From assembly GCF_009914755.1 (NCBI RefSeq), contig NC_060929.1: a DNA stretch of 64,000 nt. One strand, written 5' to 3'. The notes beneath the pieces are model-generated. The model saw only the letters and a program-made list of their open reading frames with translations. It did no database searches and was not told the DNA's origin. The position numbers were made by a program, and so were the translations under genes. Positions 17,008 to 31,700 of the stretch are shown here, piece after piece. The stretch comes from the human T2T-CHM13v2.0 reference genome, Homo sapiens. Within the stretch, counting starts at the first letter, position 1. The number at the start of each line of letters is the position of its first letter.

Positions 17008-19499
17008 TTCCAGAATATAAAGCAAATTTCAAAATAATTATCTGTCAATATTTTATTAAACTTAACAAAAATTCTAAAATGTAGAAAAGATAGCAAAATG
17101 TGTAGGAAACCCCATATAACAATTATTGCAATATAGAGAAAAAATTTAATTTAGTCAAATTATTAATAATTCACAAATAATATATTTATAAATAATAAAA
17201 ATAAATGATTTTTATTTGATGCAGTCAATTAATAAATGGCAGCTATAATCTTAAGCAAGACACACCTATCAATGCATATTAGACTAGTTTAAAAACTATA
17301 TTAAATATATAATATATATTTTATAAATATTACATATATTAATATATAAGATGTTATTTTATATTTATTAAATATATAAAAATATATTCCCATCTAAGAA
17401 CAAGACAAAATAATAAACAAAAACAAACAGAAATTACAGTGTCAAAATACACATTTTCAATGGAAATCATTAAGATGCTCATAATCTATGCACATTTTTT
17501 TAAATTACATATATATTTTCTCTATATATTTATCTTTTTGTTGGGTGGATAATTAGCTGTTTTGTAATAGTTTTTATTTATTGGCAGCTCATACTTGGCA
17601 TCTGTTTTGGTTTGACCTTATCTGTATCCTACCAGCCATAAAATTTTTAGTACCACCCCTGGTTTTATGGTTATTCAGTAAGTGTTACATAGTTATTATT
17701 TTAAAAACTCAATATTAGAAATAGGAATGTCTGTCCTATTTCAGGAAAAAAAATATTTGTGGGTGAAAAGCAAATCCTTTATGGTAAATTTTTGTGATTT
17801 CAAATTAAAAAGTGATGTATCTAAACTCACCTATTATAATCTCATAGAATCCACGTAACTGCCTCATGTAACTTTCATAACAATCTCATGACATCATTAT
17901 AATGTCATTATTCTAATTTTAATGATCAAAAAACAAAATAGAGCAATTAAATTAGTTGGAAAAACCAGTTGCAAGATACAACTAACACAGTTGTCTAGGT
18001 CTACTTAGCTCATAGATGTATGATTATACCCACAATATTAATAATATTACACCATTTGAAAGCTACTCTAACTCTTCTATCATCTCTTTTTTTCCTGTTT
18101 TAAGAATATATTTTGTAACTTACATGATAAATTTCCAAGAACATATTATCTTGTCCTCATTTGGTTATTATCTGAGAATGATAATATCCATTAGAGATCT
18201 CAAATAATTACAATTTTCAAATGGAGACAATAATGCACTGTGATGTGAATATTCCAGAAGGACCAGGATTAATTGCACATTTCCTCAAACTTGTTTGAAT
18301 TTTTGTATTCTCTCTTGGGATAAGAGAAATAAGAGGTAATGTTATAAGACTATATCTAAAAGATTAAGAATTCCACAAAGTGGTTATTCATATGAAATGC
18401 ATTAATTTAAAAAGTCTTATTAGTTTAAATGTTACTGATTTCTTTTCTCTGAGTTTTTTGAAGAATCATGTAAAGTTCCTAAATCTTTACCAACTTCTGC
18501 CTAAGGACAGCAGAATTACAATGACATAAATGCAAACTCAAGAAGGTTATTACCATAATATTCTACTCTTTGCACTCCTCACTGAACTATAGAATAAATT
18601 CAATCTCTCATTATTCAGAATGACCAACCAGCTATACTTTCTTTGAAAAAGATGATCAGGTTATACAATGAAAAGCTATTTTACTACTTTTGTAAAGAAA
18701 CTCTTTGGAAACCCTTGCATCATATTTCTATACGGAAAGTGACTACTGGCACTGTTTGTATATCACCAATTTCAGCTTCACATTCCCAGGCTGATGACAT
18801 TAACAGTTACCTTTCCACTTCAGAAACCTGGGGATTGGGTTTACCATGTTCATTCAACTGAGAAAATGTGGAAACCAATGTGTAATTTTCACTAAAAAGG
18901 TGAATCCAAACAAATAAAATGAATAAAAATGACTAGCAGCAAGATTCCCACCCTGGAAAATTACTTTGACACAAGCCCAAATAGAATCTATATTCATAAT
19001 TTCTAAAGAAAGTGGAGTTTGAAAGTATACTGCTTTATTGAAAGTCATCTCTTCATAGTCCATATTTCCATTGTACAGCATTAGTAAAATCTATATCCTG
19101 GCCTCCATCTTTGGACAATTTAATATTACTATTTTCTGAAATATTAAAATTGTATTTCTCTATTTATCTGCCTATCATCTATCAATCAATCTTCCAATTT
19201 ACATTTTATTTCTATTACTTGTTCTGAAATATGATAAGAAGTAATCTCATCTGACTGACACAGGAAAGCTATATAGGAGACAACTTCTAATAAAAGAAAA
19301 GCACAAAGAGTAAGTGACTAATTTCAAAATATTTTAGAAATGTAAACCTTAAGCCATTTACTTTTTAAAATTTTTTTTGAGATAAACTGCTGATTAATTT
19401 ATTAAACACTAATGACCTTAGTGCCATATATATTTGGATTTACTTATCAAGTGTTAATAATATTAGACTATTGAGATAAGTGGGCACACAATTTAACTA

Positions 19500-19745
19500 T
19501 ACATTTCATTAACTGAGCTAAGCACTGTCCATTCAGCTCTTATATTGCCTCAGGCACTGATAGAAACACATTAGATTATCACATCAACCTTACTAAATAT
19601 GCACTATTATAATCTCTTATTTTTTAGTTGATAAATTATTACACAGAGGTTCACATTTTGCCCAACATCACAAAATTTGTAAGTAGCAGAGCAGGTATTT
19701 GAACCCAGGTAGTCTAATTCCATAATAAGCTTATTTTGCCACTAT
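19500..19745 (-). mobile_element. MIR
   Basis: 'ttgcccaacatcaca...gtaagtagcagagcaggtatttgaacccaggtagtct' matches the MIR core. Confidence 0.7.
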
Positions 19746-22700
19746 AGAACAACTGCCTCTTTCTATAAATAGCAATGGCATAAGATGAGGTGTGCCATTT
19801 ATTTCTCAACCAAAAGCTTAAAGTATATACATCCCAAAGCTCTCAGGATAAATCATATTATTATTATTTCATTTATCAAAAAATTATTGAATATCTACTC
19901 TGCAATAGGAATTATAAGTGTCAAGGACATAGCAGCGTATAAGACAATGCTTCACTCCTCATAGATCCTGAGTTTGTGGCTCATGTTCTCTAACTTTATG
20001 TTTAGCCAAACCACCATCCCAATTGAACTATTCCAATTCCAATTTTATCTGCTGCCATCCAGGCACTATAGAAAATTCTAATACAATAGTGTTTGTAAAA
20101 ATCGCCATCTACAAAGATTACAGAGACAAGGTCATGGACATGAGAAAATTTACAACATCATCCATGGACATGCCTTGAATATAAAAGAGAAAAAACAATT
20201 TAAGATTAAAAAAAATTCAAATGTATTTTGGCAACCTTTGCATAGAAGGACATAATTTTTCATTTTGTTCAATTACATCTGATTTTGTCAGAATCCTTTG
20301 CTGCAGTGGAAAGAATATCAAAGAGAAACAACATCAGAGATAAAATAAGTCTGCTTAAACTTGAGAGTTTTCCCCCCACTTCTGGGATTTGGGGCAGTTA
20401 CAACTAATGTCTTTTGTTTATGATTTTTTGGTTTAATTTTTAAGTTCTATTTTAAGACTTGCTTCTTCCTTTAGAAACTTAAAGGAAGCAATATGATAGG
20501 TATTAAAATACTCTGGATAGAATAAATATGAATAAAGTAAATCTAAGTAATTGGTTAAATTTTACTTTACCAAAATAGGTCAGTTATAAGTATGATTGGT
20601 ACAAAGTAATTATTCTCACTTATTTTATTTTTTTAATATGCTCATTGGAGAAATTTAGACCATTATGTGATTTAAATAAGATTATTTATTTTTCAGTTAG
20701 CTTAACTTACTTTTCAAATGTTTTAAGTTTTAGTCAATTATTTCAGTTTTGTTCTTTCTGCTCAAACTTGGAAAGCCACAGAAGCACAACACTGAGGCAG
20801 ATAGATCATGTTTCTCATCTCCCTTGTCCCTAGACACAGTCACATGACTAAATCTGGCCACTGGAACGAGGCAGATTAGAGCATAGTACTCCCAGTCCTA
20901 GTCATTAAATCATCTCACAGTAGCCACAAACAAAACTTAACAGCTTCAAATAAGTGGACCTATTAAATAGACTATGGTAAATTCAAGGGCAGCATGTACA
21001 ATATGTCTATTTAATAATAATATTGATCACAGTATGCAAATATAGTTATGTAAGTAGATAGGAACCAAATCAGAAGGGGCAAGCAAATACAGCTTCAAAT
21101 GAAACATACAGATACTCACATTGGAATTAATCAAGAAAACAACCTGACCCACAGACAATGAAGTAAAGCAAGATAGGACAACCACCCACTTGGGAGCAAC
21201 ATCCCTGACCAGGGAAGTGGTGAGTGAATGCGTGACCCTGGGAAACCATGCTTCTCCCAGAGATCTTTGTAACCCTCAAGTCAGGAGATTTCCTATTGAA
21301 CCCACTCCACCAGGTACTTCAGTCTTCAGTCTGACAGACAGAGCTACATGGAATCTCCACACATGCAGCTACTCAGGCATGTGTGGAGACCCTGTAGCCT
21401 TAGATACTCTGACTTTCTGACAGAAGTAGCTGCAGCTCCATCAAAGTGGAAGGTTAGACTCATATACATATCCCTAGGAAAGATACTGAATCCACGGGAT
21501 GAGCAGCAACAGGCCGCAGGCCCCGCTTCCACAGTACCTCACAAGGTAAGACCCACTGGCTTGGAATTCCAGCTAACTACCAGTATCGGCATTGCACTAC
21601 TCTAAGAAGGAGCTCCTTTGGGGGTGGGGGGTGGTCGAGCTGTCATCTTGGCTGTTTGGGTGTCTTAGCTGTTCCAGCCTTCAGGCTTTGGAGAGTCTAA
21701 GCCGACCCAGGGCAAAAGGCATACCCTAGTACAGCACAGCTGCTCTACCAAAATGTAGGCTGACTGCTGCTCTAAGTGAGTGTTCAATCCCATTCCTCCT
21801 CAATGGGCAAGAACTCCCAACTGGGGCCTCCAGCCACCCCCACCAAGGTCTCTAGCTAACAGAGATCTGAATTCCCCATAGGACAGCACTGCAAGAGGGA
21901 GAGGCAGGCTGCCATCTTTGCTGTTTGGGTGACTTAGTATTTCCAGCCTTTGGGCTTCAGAATGTCTGAAACAATAGGCGGGGGGAGCTGAAGTGGACCC
22001 CCAGCACAGCATGGCTGCTCTACCAACATGTGGCTAGACTGTTTTTTAAAGTGAGTCTCAATCCCATTCTTTCTCCCTGGGCAGGACCTCCCAGCTGGGG
22101 TCTCCAGTCACTTCCTACAGGTGCTTTGGGCTGGCAACAGGTTTGTGCCTCCCTGGGACAAAGCTCCAGAGGGAGGGATAGGCTGCCATTTTGTTGTTTC
22201 ACAGCTTTCACTGGTGACATCTCCAGGTTCTGAGAAATCTGAGGTGACTAGGGACTGGAGCAGACCCAAGCAGTTATATGGAAAAGTGGCCAGACTGTTA
22301 TGTGGGTACCCATTCCCATGTTTTCTCACTGGGCAAGTCCTCCAGGCCTGAGCCTCCAGCCACCCCCTGCCAGAGCTATCAAACCTGGACAGAGCCTTCA
22401 GGGGCAACTGAAAACCTCTCTGCAACAGTCTCTGCAAGGGAACTGACCATGCTACCCATGGACTAATCAAGGATCAAAGACCATAAGTGCCTTATCCACA
22501 CCTCCAACAAGCTGCAGTCAACCCAAGGAAAGGAGGCCAGTCCGTCTCCCATAAGTCCCACACATCGCCAACTGCTCATCACCAGACAAGGAGCCCCTGG
22601 CTTGTGCACACAGCACAAACCCATCATCTGGGGCTGAATGCACTGAGGAGGTGCTGACCTGCATCTCTCTGGGATATAGCTCCCAAGAGTTAAGCAAATA

Positions 22701-23139
22701 AGCCTTGGCCACAACCACTGCTGAGATATCTTCCTCTGCTGCCTCTTATTTAGGGAAGGAACACAAACACCGATATTGCCCCAGAAGTGCAGTGAGCAGG
22801 CCAAGAATGCCAAGTCATAAACTACAGCCAGCAATTAAGGGGTAGAGAAACCCACACTTTCAAAACACAGAGAGGGAACATGGTTGGAAATGTGAAGAAA
22901 CATAGGGGAGCCACACAACCGAGCAGTAGTCTACCTAAGAGGTCACCTGCTGAATCAAACCCCAAAGCTTCAATACCAAAAATACCTCACCAATATATCC
23001 ACCTCTGAAACCAGAGTCAAAAAGTCAGCTTCAAATAAAGATCCTACACAATGCCTTGGCCAGGTGAAAATATCCAGAAAATAAGTCTATTGATTGTACT
23101 CAATCTACACTGCAGTTAAAGGAACACCCACATGGAACA

Positions 23140-24190
23140 ATGAGAAAGAACCAATGCAAGAACTCTAGTAACTCAAATGGCCAAAGTGCCACAGGTCCTC
23201 CAAATGACTGCGCCTTAACCAGGCCAAACTGGCTGTAATGACAGAAGTAGAATTCTAAATATGGATAGGACCAAAGATCATTGAGATTCAGGAGGATGGC
23301 AAAACCCAATCCAAGGAAAATAAGAATCATAATATAGTGATACAAGAGCTGAAGGACAATATAGCCAGTATAAAAAAGAACCTAACGGGTCTGACAGGGC
23401 TGAATAACATAATATAAGAATTTCACAATGCAATCACAAGTATTAACAGTAAGATGAAACAAGCTGAAGAAAGAATCTCAGAACTTGAAGACTGATTATC
23501 TGAAGTAAGACACCAGACAAAAATAAGGAAAAAAGAATAAAAATGAATGAACAAAACCTCCAACAAGTATGGGATTATGCAAAGAGGCCAAATCTATAAA
23601 TCACTGGCATCCCTGAAAATGAGGAGGAGAAGGCAAACAACTTGAAAAATATGTTTCAGGATATATCCCATAAAAACTTCCCCAACCTTGCTAGAGAGGC
23701 CAACAGTCAAATTCAGGAAACAGAGGACTCCCAAATAGTCTATATGAAAAGACCATCCCCTAGACACATAATCATCAGATTTTCCAAGGCTGAAATTAAT
23801 GAAAGAACGTAAAAGGCAGCTAGAGAGAAAGAACAAGTCACTACAAAGGGAACCCCATCCAGCTAACAGCAGTCCTCTTAGCTGGAACCCTACAAGCCAG
23901 AAGAGATTGGGGGCCTATATTTAACATTCTTAAAGAAAAAAAATCTTCATCCTAGAATTTCATATCCAGCTAAACTAAGCTTCCCAAGTGAAGGAGAAAT
24001 AAAATCCTTTTCAGATAAGCAAATATTGAGAGACTTTATTCCCAACAACCGCCTTACAAGAGATCTTGAATGAAGCACTAAATATAGAAAGGAAAGACCA
24101 CTACTAGCTAATACAAAAACACACTTAAACACACAGACAAGTGTCACTGTAAAGCAATCACGCAAACAAGCCAACATAATAACCAGCTAA
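23140..24190 (+). pseudogene. L1 ORF1 remnant (stops and frameshifts)
   Basis: atgagaaagaaccaatgcaag start; ORF1-type 'cctagaatttcatatccagctaaactaagcttc'. Confidence 0.8.
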
Positions 24191-27100
24191 TAGCACAATG
24201 ACAGGATCAAATCCACACATATCAATACTAACCTAGAGGGTAAACTGGCTAAATTCCCCACTTAAAAGGCACAGAATGGCAAGCTGGATTAAAAAAGCAA
24301 GGCCCATTGGTAAGATATCTTCAAGAGACCCATCTCACCCATAATGACACATGGGATCAAAATAAGCAAGTGGAAAAAAAAAATCTACTAAGCAAACGAA
24401 AAACAGAAAAAAACAGGGGTTGCAATCCTAATTTCAGACACAACACATTTGAAACCAACAAAAGAAGACAAAGAAGGACATTACATAATGGTAAAGGATT
24501 CAATTCAACAAGAAGGCCTAACTATTCTAAATATATGTGCACCCTACACAGGAGCACCCAGATTCATAAAGCAAGTTCTTGGAGACCTACAAAGAGACTT
24601 ACACTCCCACACAATAATAGTGGGAGACTTCAATACTTTACTGACAGTATTAGAAAGATTTTTGAGGCCAAAAATTAACAGATATTCAAGACCTAAACTC
24701 AGCATTACACCAAATAGAGTTGATAGGCGTTCACCCAAAACCAACAGAATATACATTTTTCTCATGTCTACATGACACATACTCTAAAAGCAACCACATG
24801 ATTGGACATAAAACAATCCTTGACAAAAGTAAAAGTACCAACATCATACCAAACACACTCTTGGACAACAGCGCAATAAAAATCAAAGTCAACACAAAGA
24901 AAATTGTTCAAAACCATAAAATTACATGGAAATTAAATAACATGGTCTTGCATAACTTTTGGATAAATAATAAAATTAAGGCAGAAATCAAGAAGTTCTT
25001 TGAAAATAATGAGAGCAAAGATACAACTTATCAGAATATCTGGGACACGGCTAATGCAGTGTGAAAGGAAATTCATAGCACTGATGCCCATATCAAAAAG
25101 TAAGAAAGTTTTCACATTAACAACCTAACTTTGCAACTGAAAGAATTAGAGAAACAAGAAAAAATCAACCCCAAAGCTAGCAAAAGATGAGAAATAACAA
25201 AAATTAGAGCTGAACTGAAGGAAATCGAGACATTTTAGGTTTTAGAAAACCTAGAAGAGACAGATAAATTCTGGGACAAATACACCCTCATAAGACTGAG
25301 TCAGGAATAAATTGATTCCCTGGACAGACAAATAATATGCTCTGAAATTGTATCAGTAATAAATAGCCTACCAACCAGAAAAAGCACAGGACCTGATGGA
25401 TTCACAGCTGAATTCTACTCGGTGTACAAAGAAAAGCTGGTTTAATTCCTACAGAAACTATTTCACAAAAAGGAGTTGGGACTTCTTTCCAACTCACTTT
25501 ACGAGGCCAGCATCATCTTGATAACAAAACCTGGCAGAGACACAACAAAAAAAGAATACTTCAGGCCAATATTCTTGGTGAACATTGATGCAAAAATCCT
25601 TGACAAAATACTTGCAAACTGAATCCAGCAACATATCAAAAAGCTAATCCATCATGAGCAAGTCAGCTTCATCCCCAGGAGGTAAGGTTTTGTTCTACAT
25701 ATGAAAATCAACAAATGTGATTCATCAAATAAACAGAACTAAAGACAATAACCACTTGATTACCTCAATAGATGCAGAAAAGGCTTTTGAAAAATTCAAC
25801 ATTCCTTGATGTTAATAACTCTCAATAAACTAGGTATTGAAGGAACATACCTAAAAATGATAAGAGTCATCTATGACAAAACCACAGCCAACATTATACT
25901 GAATGGGCCAAAGCTAGAAGCCTTCCCCTTGAAAACTGGCAGAAGACTAGGATGCCCTCTCTCACGATTTCTATTTAGCATATTATTCGAAATCCTAGCC
26001 AGAGCAATCAGGCAAGATAAAAAAAAATAAAGGGCATCCAAATAGGGGGAGAGGAAGTCAAACTGTCTTTACTTTGCAGATGACAAATTCTTTATCTAGA
26101 AAACCTCATACTTTTGGCCCAAAAGGTCCTTCAGCTGATAAACAACTTCAGCAAAGTTTTAGGATACAAAATCAATGTACAAAAAGCACTAGCATTCCTG
26201 TATACCAACAACAACCAAACTGAGAGCCAAATTAGAATGGCAAATCCAAATGACAGTTGCCATACAAACAAAATGAAATACAGCTAACTAGGGAAGTGAA
26301 AGATCTCTACAATGAGAATTATAAAACAACACTCAAATAAATCAGAGAACAAAAAACAAATTTAAAAAATCCTATGCTCATGGATAGGAAGAATTAGCAT
26401 CATTAAAATGACTATACGACCGAAAGCAATTTACAGATTCAGTGATATTAGTATCAAACCACCAACAACATTCTTTACAGAACTAGAAAAATATACTTTA
26501 AAACATACATGGAACCAAAAAAACAGCCCAAATAGCCAAGGTGATCCTAAACAAAAAGAACAAAGCTGGAGGAATCACATTACCTGACTTAGAATTATAC
26601 TAAAAGGATACAGTGACCAAAACAACATGGTACTTGTACAAAAACAGGCACATAGACCAATGAAACAGAATAGAGAGACTAGAAACGAGGCAGCATATCT
26701 ATGATCATCTTATCTTTGACAAAGCTGACAAAAACAAATAATGGGGAAATGACACCCTATTCAATAAATAGTACTGGGATAACTGGCTAGCCATATGCAG
26801 AAGATTAAAGCTGGACCCTTTCCTTATACTATATACAAATGTCAACTCAAGACGGATTATGGACTTAAATGTAAAACACAAATTATAAAAACCCTGGAAG
26901 ACAACCTATGGAATACCATCCTGAACATAGAAACAGGCAAAGATTTCATGACAAAGACACCAAAAGTAATCACCACAAAAGCAAAAATTGGCAAATGGAA
27001 TCTAAATAATTTAAGAGCTTCCGCACAGCAAGAGAAACTATTAACAGGGTAAACACATAATCTACAGAATGGAAGAAAATATTTGCAAACTATGCATCTG

Positions 27101-27339
27101 ACAAAGTTCTAATATCAGCATCTATAAGGAACTTAAGCAAATTTACAAGAGAAAAAAACTCATTCAAAAGTGGGCAAAGCGCATTAACTGACACTTCTCA
27201 AAAGAAGACATGCATGCGGCCAATAAACATATAAAAAAAAGCTCAATATAATTGATTATTAGAGAAATGCAAATTAAAACCACAATGAGATACTGTATTA
27301 GTCTGTGTTCACACTGCTGATAAAGACATACCTGAGGTG

Positions 27340-27678
<339 letters not shown>

Positions 27679-28480
27679 TTAGGCTTACAGTTCCACATAG
27701 CTGGGGAGGCCTCAGAATTATGGCAGGAGGTGAAAGGCACTTCTTAGATGGCAGCAGCAAGAGAAAATGAGAAAGATGCAGAAGTGGAAACTCCTTATAA
27801 ACCCATCAGATCTCATGAGACTTATTCTGTATCACAAGAGTAGCACAGGAAAGACTGGACCCCGTTATTCAATTACCTCCCCCAGGGTCCCTCCCACAAC
27901 ACATGGGAATTCTGGGAGATACAATTCAAGTTGAGATTTCAGTGAGGACACAGCCAAACCATATCATTCTACCCATGGCCCCTCCAAATCCCATGTCCTT
28001 ATGTTTCAATACCAATCATGCCTTCCCAACAGTTCACTAAAGTCTTAACTCATTTCAGCATTAACCCAAAAGTCCACAGTCCAAAGTTTCATCTGAGACA
28101 AGGCAAGTCCCTTCCACCTATGAGCCTGTAAAATCAAAAGCAAGCTAGGTACTTCCTAGATACAATGGGGGTACAGGTATTGGGTAAATACGGCTGTTCC
28201 TAATGGGAGAAATTGGCCAAAACAAGGGGCCACAGGGCCATGCAAATCTGAAAGCCAAAGGGGCAGTCAAATTTTAAAGCTCCAAAATGATCTCCTTTGA
28301 CTCTGGGTCTCACATCCAGGTCATGCTGATGCAAAAGATGGTTCTGATGGTCTTGGGCAACACCCCTGCTGTAGCTTTGCAGGATACAGCCTCCTTCCTG
28401 GCTGCTTTCACGGGCTGGCATTGAGTGTCTGCAACTTTTCCAGGCACACGGCACAAGCTGTTGGTGGATCTACCATTCTG

Positions 28481-28706
28481 AACATAGGAACAGGCAAAGA
28501 TTCATGACAAAGACACCAAAAGTAATCTCCACAAAAGCAAAAATTGACAAATGGAATCTAAATAATTTAAGAGCTTCTGCACAGCAAAAGAAACTATTAA
28601 GAGAGTAAACACATAACCTACAGAATGGGAGAAAATATTTGCAAACTATGCATCTGACAAAGGTCTAATATCAGCAACTATAAGGAACTTAAGTAAATTC
28701 CTTAAA
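28481..28706 (+). repeat. Local duplicate of host L1 segment 26924-27143 inserted into the THE1A internal region
   Basis: Near-identical to 26924-27143, including unusual variants (atggaatctaaataatttaagagc, aaacacataa, aatatcagca). Confidence 0.9.
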
Positions 28707-31700
28707 GGTCTGGAGGATGGTGGCCCTCTTCTCACAGCTCCACTAAGCAGTGCCTCAGTAGGGACTCTGTGTAGGGGCTCCAACCCCACATTTTCCTTCC
28801 ACAATTCCCTAGCAGAGGTTCTCCATGAGGGCCCCGCCCCTGCAGCAAACTTTTGCCTGGGCATCCAGGCATTTCCATCCGTCTTCTGAAATGCAGGTGG
28901 AGGTTCCCAAACCTCAATTCTTGATTTCTGTGCAGCTGCAGATTAAACACCACATGGAAGCTGCCAAGGCTTGGGGCTTCCACCCTCAGAAACTCTATGT
29001 TGTCCCTTTTCAGCCATGGCTGGAGCAGCTGGGATAAAGGGCACCAAGTCCCTATGCTGCACACAGCACGGGGAAACCCTGGGCCCTACCCACAAAAGCA
29101 CTTTTTCCTCCAAGGTCTTGGGGCCTGTGATGGGAGGGGCTACCATGAAGACCTCTGACATGCCCTGGAGACATTTTCCCCATGGTATTGAGGATTAACA
29201 ATATGCTCCTTGCTGCTAATGCAAATTTCTGCAGCCAGCTTGAATTTCTCCTCAGAAAACAGGTTTTTCTTTTCTATAGCATAGTCAGGCTGCAAATTTT
29301 CTAAACTTTTATGCTCTGTTTCCCTTTTAAAACGGAATGCCTTTAACAGCACCCAAGTCACTTCTTGAATGCTTTGCTGCTTAGAAATTTTTTTCACTAG
29401 ATACCCTAAATCATCTCTCTCAAGTTTAAAGTTCCACAAATCTCTAGGGCAGGGGCAAAATGCCACCAGTGTCTTTGCTAAAACATAGCAAGAGTCACAT
29501 TTTTTCCAGTTCCCAACAAGTTCCTCATCTCCACCTGAGCCCACCTCAGCCTGGATCTTATTATCTATATTGCTATCAGTATTTTGGAAAAAGCCATTTA
29601 ACAAGTCTCTAGGAAGTTCCAAACTTTCCCATATTTTCCTGTCTTCTGAACCCTCCAAACTGTTCCAACCTCTGCCTGTTACCCAGTTCCAAAGTCGCTT
29701 CCACATTTTGGGGTATCTTTTGAGCAATGCTTCACTCTACTGGTACCAATTTACTATATTAGCCTGTATTTACACTGCTGATAATAACATACCTAAGACT
29801 GAGAAGAAAAAGAGGTTTAATTGGACTTACATTTCCACATGGGTGGGAAGGCCTCAGAATCATGGAAGGAGGCAAAAGGCACTTCTTAAGTTGCAGCAGC
29901 AAGAGAAAATGAGAAAGAAGCCCAAGTAGAAACCCCTGATAAACCCACCAGATCTAGTGAAATTTATTCACTATCATGAGACTAGCATGGGAAAGACTTG
30001 CCCCCATGATTCAGTTACCTCCCCCTGGGTCCTTCGTGGGAATTCTGGGAGATACAATTCAAGTTGAGATTTCGGTGGGGACACAGGCAAACCATATCAC
30101 ATACCATCTCACACCAATCAGAATGACTATTATTAAAGGGTCAAAAAATTACAGATGCTGGTGAGGTTGTGGGGAAAAGCATACTCTTACACACTGTTGG
30201 TGGGAGTGTAAATTAGTACAACCATTGTGGAAAGCAGCATGGCGATTCCTCAAAGAGCTAAAAGCAGTACTACCATTTGACCCAGCAATGCCATTAGTAG
30301 GTACATACCTAGAGGAATATAAAGCATTCTACCATAAAGATGCACGCACATGAATGTTCACTGCAGCACTGTTCACAATAGCAAAGACATGGAATCAATC
30401 TAAATGCTCATTAATGACAGACTAGATAACGAAAATATGGCACACATACACCATGGAATATTACGTAGCCATAGAAAAGAATGAGATCATGTCTTTTGCA
30501 GGAACATGGATGGAGCTGGAGGCTATAATCCTTAGCAAACTAATGCAGAAACAGAAAACCAAATACCACATGTTCTCACTTATAAGTGGGAGCTAAATGA
30601 GAATAACTTATGAACCCAAAGAAGTAAACAACAGACACAGGGGTCTACTTGAGGAGGGAGTGTGAGAGGAGGGAGAACAGGAAAGAAAATTATTGAGTAC
30701 TGGGCTTAATACCTGGGTGATGTAATAATATGTACAACAAACCCCTATGTCACATGTTTATATATGTAACAAACCTTCTCGTGTACCCACAAATCTAAAA
30801 GAAAATTTTTAAATTAAATAAACAAATAAGTTATGATAGAAAAAAAGAACTATCTAGAGTATTATCTGGTATTGAAGAATATCTTTCTCTTTTAGACCTA
30901 TCCTGGCATCTAAGTAACTATACCTAAAAATCCATTACATAAGTTTTGCTCCCAATCTTCTTAAATAACTCATCAACATAAGCATTAAGAGAAAAAATTA
31001 GTGATGATTAAATTCAGGCTGAGTTTGTGGTTCAAGCCTTGATAAGTTCTACCACTTGGGTGTACTGAGAAAACAAAGCTATAATTTACCAAGAGCATTA
31101 CAGAATTAACGTGGGTTATTCCTAAGGCCACCTCTGATTAGAAGTCAAGGAAAAATACACAATTTAATGATTACACTCTTACTGTTTGCAGGAACTGCTG
31201 GCCTCATGGCAAGTCACAGATTGGACTATGGTCTCTGGGCTGTAGAGCTATCACAAGATTTTTTTTGATTTGCAAGAGGTTAATTCTAATGAATGATATG
31301 AGCCAACTTCAGGATGAGGACTATTTTTTAAATTGCATTACCATCTTATTAAAAAAAAAGGTTGTTTCTTATACATTTCTGTGACAAGTGCAAAAACCTG
31401 ATTCTCCATTATGCAGGGCTAAATTAACGATAAAGTTTCAGGAAATTTGAAACCAACTAGCAAGTTCCTTCATTGTTAAAACTGTATTAGGATTACTGGC
31501 CTAAGTTTCTCATATTTCTTATATTCATACCCAATGTCAAGTATAAATTATAATTTAGAACAAAAAGAAGGACAAGTTAAATAAAATACCATTCTTTTCC
31601 TCAATATGCAGTATTTTATAGACAGAATTATCAATGCCTATTTTCAATGAGAAGCCTACTCACGAATACCTAGAAGTCCAATGAAAGGTTTAGAGAGGAT

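Noticed and set aside
21600-22400. ~270-bp periodic GC-richer repeats, possibly a novel array or promoter
   Set aside because: They lie within the L1 5' UTR, and such repeats are expected in older L1PA 5' UTRs.
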